From Candidatus Methylomirabilis oxygeniifera (GTDB lineage Bacteria; Methylomirabilota; Methylomirabilia; Methylomirabilales; Methylomirabilaceae): a stretch of DNA of 32,000 nt. Below, piece after piece: positions 26,458 through 32,000 of this stretch. Each line of letters opens with the position of its first letter. Positions within the stretch are counted from its first letter, which is position 1. A program made the position numbers and the translations under genes. Below the pieces are notes generated by a model. That model was given only the letters and a program-made list of their open reading frames with translations, searched no databases and was not told the DNA's origin. Location of the stretch: positions 1,800,001 to 1,832,000 of the forward strand of contig FP565575.1 in the NCBI GenBank assembly GCA_000091165.1, given 5' to 3'.

Positions 26458-26964
26458 GTGAACTACAAAGGCTTGCCGATCGGCGAGGGCGCGCCGGTCA
26501 TCGTGAATACGGTGGTCGAGATCCCCTCGGGATCAAGCAACAAGTACGAGTACGACGTCAATCTGGGCGTGTTCAGGCTGGATCGCGTGCTGTACTCGCC
26601 GGTACACTATCCGGCCGACTACGGTTTTATTCCCGGCACGCTCGGCCAGGACGGCGACCCGCTCGACATCCTGATCCTGATCTCGCGGCCTACCTTCCCC
26701 GGATGCCTGGTCGAAGCTCGACCCGTCGGGATGCTGGACATGGTCGACGATAAGGGTGTCGATGAGAAGATCCTGGCCGTGGCCAACGGCGACCCACGCT
26801 ATCAGCGGATTGAGGAGCTTACCGGCGTGGAGCCCCATGTATTGAAAGAGATCGAGCACTTCTTCAACGTCTACAAAGAGCTGGAAGGGCGAACGAGCCT
26901 GACATCCGGTTGGCTGGGTCGAGGCGCAGCCCATGAGCGCATCGAAACCTACCGCCTCAGATAG
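26458..26964 (+). CDS. ppa: Inorganic pyrophosphatase
   Basis: VVEIPSGSSNKYEYDVNLGVFRLDRVLYSPVHYPADYGFIPGTLGQDGDPLDILILI...MLDMVDDKGVDEKILAVANGDPRY. GTG start 26458 preceded by AGGAGG; ORF open from 26434. Confidence 0.96.
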   Translation: MNYKGLPIGEGAPVIVNTVVEIPSGSSNKYEYDVNLGVFRLDRVLYSPVHYPADYGFIPGTLGQDGDPLDILILISRPTFPGCLVEARPVGMLDMVDDKGVDEKILAVANGDPRYQRIEELTGVEPHVLKEIEHFFNVYKELEGRTSLTSGWLGRGAAHERIETYRLR

Positions 26965-28144
26965 TCAGAGGGCCGGCCTGTTCGGCCTCAGCCGCAACGT
27001 CGTAGCCCTTGGACTGGTCAGCATGCTGACCGATGTCAGCTCTGAGATGATCTATCCGCTGTTGCCGCTGTTTTTGACCAACGTGCTGGGGGCGGGCCAG
27101 ACCTTTGTGGGGCTGGTGGAGGGGATCGCCGAGAGCGCAGCCAGCCTGACCAAGCTGCTGTCAGGGTGGCTGTCGGATCGGCTGGGTCGGCGCAAGGGGC
27201 TGGTCGTCGTCGGCTACGCGCTGTCTACCGTCGCCCGCCCTCTTGTCGCGTTGACCTTGGCGCCGTGGCATGTCTTGATAGTCCGATTCACGGACCGCCT
27301 AGGCAAAGGCCTCCGCACCTCGCCGCGGGACGCCCTTATCGCCGCCTCCACCGATGTAGCCATTCGCGGAAGGGCCTACGGCTTCCATCGCTCGATGGAC
27401 CACCTGGGGGCGGTCGGCGGCCCGGCATTGGCTTTTGCGCTCCTGCTGATCCTGGGCGATCAACTTCGGACGCTCTTTCTGCTGGCCGCGATCCCCGGCA
27501 TCCTCTCGATCTTTATCCTGATCCTACACGTACGCGAGAGCCCGGTCGGCGGCGCGGTAATCTCCAAAGTAACACCGGGCGTCTGGCGCCCAAACAGACA
27601 ACTCACGCGCTTCCTGCTGGTGGTCACGCTGTTTACTCTGGGAAACTCCAGCGACGCCTTCCTCCTGCTGCGCGCGCAGGAGGTCGGGGTCGCAGCCGCC
27701 CACCTGCCGCTGCTCTGGATGTTCTTCAGCCTGGTGAAAGCGATGACGGGGTTACCGGGCGGGATCCTTTCGGACCTTCGAGGCAGGCGGGGCGCCATCA
27801 TCGCGGGATGGCTGGTCTACGCGTTGGCCTATCTGGGTTTTGGTGTTGCCGGCCAGCCCTGGCATATCTGGGTGCTCTTGGGCTTCTATGGCCTGTACTT
27901 CGGGCTGACCGAAGGCGGCGAACGGGCGCTTATCGCCGATCTGGTTCCCCAGGATCGCCAAGCCTCCGCATTCGGCCTCTTCCACTTCTGCGTCGGGATC
28001 GCGGCCCTCCCCAGCAGTCTGCTGATGGGCTACTTGTATCAGACCTTGGGCGCGGGGCCGGCGTTTACCGTCGGCGCCGCCTTGGCCGGCCTTTCAGCCA
28101 TTCTGCTCCTTCTCCTGCTCCACCCCGGATCTCCTCAGACGTGA
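26933..28144 (+). CDS. Major facilitator superfamily transporter
   Basis: Twelve-TM type pattern with MFS motif GWLSDRLGRRKGLVVVGY and repeat GGILSDLRGRRGAIIAGW; overlaps the end of ppa. Confidence 0.92.
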   Translation: MSASKPTASDSQRAGLFGLSRNVVALGLVSMLTDVSSEMIYPLLPLFLTNVLGAGQTFVGLVEGIAESAASLTKLLSGWLSDRLGRRKGLVVVGYALSTVARPLVALTLAPWHVLIVRFTDRLGKGLRTSPRDALIAASTDVAIRGRAYGFHRSMDHLGAVGGPALAFALLLILGDQLRTLFLLAAIPGILSIFILILHVRESPVGGAVISKVTPGVWRPNRQLTRFLLVVTLFTLGNSSDAFLLLRAQEVGVAAAHLPLLWMFFSLVKAMTGLPGGILSDLRGRRGAIIAGWLVYALAYLGFGVAGQPWHIWVLLGFYGLYFGLTEGGERALIADLVPQDRQASAFGLFHFCVGIAALPSSLLMGYLYQTLGAGPAFTVGAALAGLSAILLLLLLHPGSPQT

Positions 28145-28231
28145 AGGGTGTAGTGCGATGGAATCACCTTGTGAAACGTTTTCGACGACATGGGGGATCA
28201 GTATAGCTGGCGAAACACATTGGGCGTGACG

Positions 28232-29149
28232 TTACGCCTTGAGCTTGTTCTCGATCATGATGTGGACGATCGGGGCTAAGATCAGTTCCATTGCCAAGAC
28301 CATCTTGCCGCCAGGAACCACGATGGTGTTACGGCGTGAGATGAATGAGCCGTTGATCATCACCAACAGGGTCGGGAAATCAACCCCAAAACGTTTCGGA
28401 TCAACAAAGCGAATTACCACAAAGCTCTCATCTGCGGAAGGGATATCGCGCGCGATGAACGGGTTGGAGGTATCCACGGTAGGCACGCGCTGGAAGTTGA
28501 CGTGGGTGCGTGAGAATTGCGGGGTCAGATGGTTAATGTAGTCCGGCATCCGGCGCATGATGGTGTCCACCGTTGCTTCGGGCGAATAGCCGCGCTCAGC
28601 GTGGTCACGGTGGATTTTTTGAATCCATTCCAAGTTGACGCTAGGCACTACCCCGATGCCAAGGTCAACGTACTGGGCCACATCATAGCCGCCGTATTTT
28701 TGATCTGGGGAAATGTCTTTCACCAAACCGTGCAAGCCTTCATAGAATAGGATGTCGGTGTTGCTTTCAATGTCTTCCCATGGGGTAAATTCACCTGAAT
28801 CAGCGTTACAGGTAACACCCGCGTCCGCCAAGCGCTTGCAATGGAATGCCGCTTCTTTTGCGTTATGCAAGTAGTAACGCTTTTTGCCAACCCCCGCTTC
28901 ACCGTAGCTCTTGAAGAGCGCTTCGAGTGCGTGGAAGTCGTTGGCTTCCGGACCGAAGTGGCTGAAATTGTGTTCAACCGCAGAGCGTTCCTTAAATTGC
29001 GCGCGGGTTACGCTGTGGAAGCTATCACCTTCAATAATCGCGGAGGTAATTTCCTCGCGGCGGAAAATGTTTTCAAACGCACGTTTAACAAAGGTAGTGC
29101 CCGCCCCAGATGAGCCGGTAACTGCAATCACTGGATGCTTTTTGGACAT
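28232..29149 (-). CDS. prkB: Phosphoribulokinase (proteobacterial type)
   Basis: MSKKHPVIAVTGSSGAGTTFVKRAFENIFRREEITSAIIEGDSFHSVTR...EDIESNTDILFYEGLHG...DLGIGVVPSVNLEWIQKIHRDHAERGYSPEATVDTIMRRMPDYINHLTPQFSRTHVNFQRVPTVDTSNPF. Start ATG 29149; ORF open to 29287. Confidence 0.95.
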   Translation of the reverse strand: MSKKHPVIAVTGSSGAGTTFVKRAFENIFRREEITSAIIEGDSFHSVTRAQFKERSAVEHNFSHFGPEANDFHALEALFKSYGEAGVGKKRYYLHNAKEAAFHCKRLADAGVTCNADSGEFTPWEDIESNTDILFYEGLHGLVKDISPDQKYGGYDVAQYVDLGIGVVPSVNLEWIQKIHRDHAERGYSPEATVDTIMRRMPDYINHLTPQFSRTHVNFQRVPTVDTSNPFIARDIPSADESFVVIRFVDPKRFGVDFPTLLVMINGSFISRRNTIVVPGGKMVLAMELILAPIVHIMIENKLKA

Positions 29150-29480
29150 GGAACTTCTCCTCAGAATATTTTTTGGATGCGCAATCCCAGAACATTCCAG
29201 CCGAACGCCACGTGGGGCCGTACGTGCCTCTTGATAGGGGCTGTGCATCAAGTAGACAAATGGCGCGCTACCCATTTTGCTAACCAAGTAAGTTAAGGAC
29301 TTACATGCAAAGTCTGGCGTGTAAGCGTACGCCTGTAAGCACTTTTATCGCGGTGTTTTTCTTTCTCTCTCTTTCTCCACCGAGCTGAGCATGGACGAGG
29401 TGTTGTACGGTATCAAGAGTGGTGAAGGGGTCCGGTCGAGGAGCGAGCTGGCGCGGGATCGGTTTCTCACTGTCCGGGAC

Positions 29481-29945
29481 TTACTTCCCCTCTCCCAAGA
29501 GCTTCTTTTCGGCCTTTTCTATCTCCCGTGAGGTCTTCGTGCCGGCTTTCTCTACGCGCCCCGTGGCTGCATCAAGTGCCTTCTCTGTCTTTTCCTTAGC
29601 TTTCTCCTGTGTCTGGATCGCCTTGGTCTCCGCTTTACGCTTCTGCTGCTCGGCCTTCGCCGCCGCCTTCTCCATCTCCTGCTGGGCTTTTTTCTCTGCT
29701 TGCTCAGCTTTCATGGTCGCCTTGTCGGCTGTTTTCTTCGACTTCTCCTCCGCCCTCTCTATGGCCTCTTTGGTCTTTCCTTCTGCTTTCTCTAATCTCT
29801 TCGTCGCCTTTTGTTCAACCCCGGACTGAATGTCCGAAATCGTCGGTACCGTTGGGATAACGGGCGGTTGGTATTGGGCAAAGGCCCACGTGCTGGATAG
29901 TAGCGCGCTCATAACAGCGCCGGTAAATGTGAGAATCTTTTTCAT
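29481..29945 (-). CDS. Exported Lys/Glu/Ala-rich coiled-coil protein
   Basis: Signal peptide MKKILTFTGAVMSALLSSTWAFAQ then long alternating K/E/A helix; SD-like AAGGAGGGCTC just upstream of ATG 29945. ORF open to 30098. Confidence 0.75.
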   Translation of the reverse strand: MKKILTFTGAVMSALLSSTWAFAQYQPPVIPTVPTISDIQSGVEQKATKRLEKAEGKTKEAIERAEEKSKKTADKATMKAEQAEKKAQQEMEKAAAKAEQQKRKAETKAIQTQEKAKEKTEKALDAATGRVEKAGTKTSREIEKAEKKLLGEGK

Positions 29946-30570
29946 CTGCGAGCCCTCCTTAGTGTAAATTCTGTTGATGAACAACACGCCAACTGAAGCG
30001 GGAGATCTTCCCTTACGACATTTCTCCACCGAGCTGAGTCTAGCCGTGGTATGACAAGGTGTCAAGGGGGAGGATGGGAGGCAACCTATACCGAGCACCG
30101 GAGTTCTCGACCACCGAACCGGGTAAATTGTCCCAGGAATCCCATTCCTTGCGATCCTCGACGCACTATTATAAATTGCGTACCTCCATCGAGTTCTCCA
30201 AGCACTGAGATGAACGGGATGCTCGTTGCAATCCCCACCCTTAAGAATTCTGTGAACACGATACTGCTTTCATCTTGACTCCTTACGGGTAGTCTCATGC
30301 CTTTTCAGCATAGGTAGGATTTTTGGAGTGTAAGCTTAGGCAAATCGGGGTGTTTGAGCAGGCGACCTTCCTTAGACATGCATATTGTATCCACCTATCA
30401 CCCATTATTACATATCCTACGCGCATATATTAGATGCTCTATTACTATTCTAGTATGTTTCCTATTTCCACATAATAAACAATCACAGTTAATAGTTTGT
30501 TATTTTCTCAGTACCGTCTTATGGTATAGTTCTGTTTGGTAGTCTTCTCACCTGTCAACGCGGGAATGTG

Positions 30571-32000
30571 ATGGACCAACTGGTCAAGAGTCTCTTTACC
30601 ATAATAGGCGGTTCGTCCGGGATGCGGTCTTCCGACCCCGACCAGCTCCTCGGAACCGTTCTGGATGAGGTCCTGAAGGCGGTTGACGATGCGGTCCTTG
30701 GCTGGATCTGCCTGGTCCGCGATCTCTCGGACCATGTAAACCGATCTGCCGTCACAGCGTTGCCGCAGGACTCAATCTATCTTGCGGCCGTACGGCACAT
30801 CGGTAAAGAGACTCCTGCGCCTGCCGCCGTCGCCTGCCCGGACTGCTCCTGCCGTCGGTTTCTCGCCGGCGCCGATTCGCCACCCAAGCACACCATCATC
30901 GATCATTGTCCGCATCCAACCTTATCCGAGCCGTTGACCGGCGCTCACGCGTGCGTCTCCCTTTTTGCGCAGGATCGGCCGATCGGTGTGCTGAATGTCG
31001 CGAAGGCTGGGTCTGCGTCCTTCTCTGATAGTGAACGATTGTTCCTCCAGACTGTCGCGAGCCAACTGAGCGCCGTGCTGGAAACCGCCGGCCTGATCGG
31101 TGAGACGCAGGTCAGACTCAAAGAGACGCAGACACTGCTCGAAGTGACTCACTCCGCCAATTCCACCCTCGATCTGCAAGAGGCTATCCGACGTATCGCG
31201 CGAGCAGTCGCTCGTGTGGTTGCGGCCGATACTGCAGGCGCTTATCTGTTGGACAGCCATGACAGATATCTCGTTCCGTTTGCGGGCTATCATCTGCCGA
31301 AACACCTTTTAGAGCCGCTCAACAAAACATGGATTCCCGTCAAAGGATTTCAATTTGTTGAAGAAGCATTTACGACAAAGGCGGCCGTCTATGCCGATAA
31401 TACCGACACAGACACTCGATTGGATCATTCGGTCTTTCGCGTATTTTCTGCTAAATCAGGTCTTTTTGTTCCGATGCTCGCGAAGGATAGGATCGTAGGC
31501 GGGTTCTTCGTCATCTGGTGGACACATGAGCATCACTTTACTAAAGACGAGGTGCGTTTGGTTGATGTCATCGCTCGACAGACTGCGATCGCCATCGAGA
31601 ACGCCAAACTGTTTGAAGAGTCTCGCACACATGCTCAGGCTGCTAAGGCCTCAGAGGAGAAGTATCGACTGTTGGCTGAACACGTCCGCGACGTGATCTA
31701 TGCGTTGGACGCTGAGGGGCAATTTACGTACGTCAATACTCGAGTCATGGAAATACTCGGCTACACGCCGGAAGAGTTGTTGGGCCACCCGTATACGGAC
31801 ATCCTTACGCCGACAAGCCAGCGCCAGGTCCTGGAAATCTTTGCTGGGGCAGTCACAGGCAATGATCCGATCGGCTTCTGTGAGCTTGATATGGTGAAGA
31901 AAGAGGACGCCGTGTTGGTTCCGTTCGAGATCGGCATGGTGACGATTCGGGATGCTTTGGGCCGGCTGATCGGCTGGCATGGGATCGCGCGGGACGTGAC
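30571..32000 (+). CDS. GAF-GAF-PAS multidomain sensor protein, 5' part (runs off the window)
   Basis: Continuous frame with no stop: MDQLVKSLFTIIGGSSG...CLVRDLSDHVNRSAV...GVLNVAKAGSASFSDSERLFLQTVASQLSAVLETA...GFFVIWWTHEHHFTKDEVRLVDVIARQTAIAIENAKLFEE...EEKYRLLAEHVRDVIYALDAEGQFTYVNTRVMEILGYTPEELLGHPYTDIL. Not in the supplied ORF track because it lacks a stop in the window. Confidence 0.88.
   Translation, partial: MDQLVKSLFTIIGGSSGMRSSDPDQLLGTVLDEVLKAVDDAVLGWICLVRDLSDHVNRSAVTALPQDSIYLAAVRHIGKETPAPAAVACPDCSCRRFLAGADSPPKHTIIDHCPHPTLSEPLTGAHACVSLFAQDRPIGVLNVAKAGSASFSDSERLFLQTVASQLSAVLETAGLIGETQVRLKETQTLLEVTHSANSTLDLQEAIRRIARAVARVVAADTAGAYLLDSHDRYLVPFAGYHLPKHLLEPLNKTWIPVKGFQFVEEAFTTKAAVYADNTDTDTRLDHSVFRVFSAKSGLFVPMLAKDRIVGGFFVIWWTHEHHFTKDEVRLVDVIARQTAIAIENAKLFEESRTHAQAAKASEEKYRLLAEHVRDVIYALDAEGQFTYVNTRVMEILGYTPEELLGHPYTDILTPTSQRQVLEIFAGAVTGNDPIGFCELDMVKKEDAVLVPFEIGMVTIRDALGRLIGWHGIARDV

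Noticed and set aside
27166-28206. 346-aa plus-strand ORF overlapping the MFS transporter gene
   Set aside because: Alternate frame of a clear 12-TM transporter; Arg/Pro/Gly-rich shadow.
31651-31980. Minus-strand ORFs 30508..30735, 30922..31305 and 31651..31980
   Set aside because: All lie antisense to the continuous GAF/GAF/PAS reading frame that runs off the window end.
1-32000. CRISPR arrays, transposases, rRNA or tRNA genes
   Set aside because: Looked for repeat-spacer periodicity, DDE/Y-recombinase motifs and tRNA/rRNA signatures by eye; none were found that I could support.

Overview
Chromosomal-type window of high GC bacterial DNA. Gene content and style are compatible with a Methylomirabilota/NC10-like organism, but this is inference only. 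It is dominated by minus-strand operons. Main content: (1) a two-part corrinoid uptake and remodelling locus, btuB-btuF-btuC-btuD plus bluB-cbiR-cobU-cobT-cobS, each half led by a cobalamin riboswitch; (2) a tandem pair of tiny exported Ala/Pro/Lys-rich proteins; (3) a class A penicillin-binding protein, MlaA, a quinone oxidoreductase, a PD-(D/E)XK/Cas4-like nuclease, RNase G and a two-domain radical-SAM fusion protein; (4) a membrane histidine kinase and receiver flanked by related LuxR-type regulators, one intact, one with an in-frame amber codon and one C-terminal remnant; (5) plus-strand ppa and an MFS transporter, a stand-alone phosphoribulokinase, an exported coiled-coil protein and the start of a GAF/GAF/PAS sensor. 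Most interesting signals: a DsrE-like gene that the ORF caller truncates, whose CxxC position reads in frame as UGA-GGG-GGG-UGA followed by a bSECIS-like 9-bp hairpin (candidate Sec-x-x-Sec selenoprotein, 15846..16211 minus); and heptad-phased palindromic repeats that lie inside both riboswitches, inside the coding sequence of the radical-SAM fusion protein, and (a different heptad) at the 3' end of the candidate selenoprotein gene.
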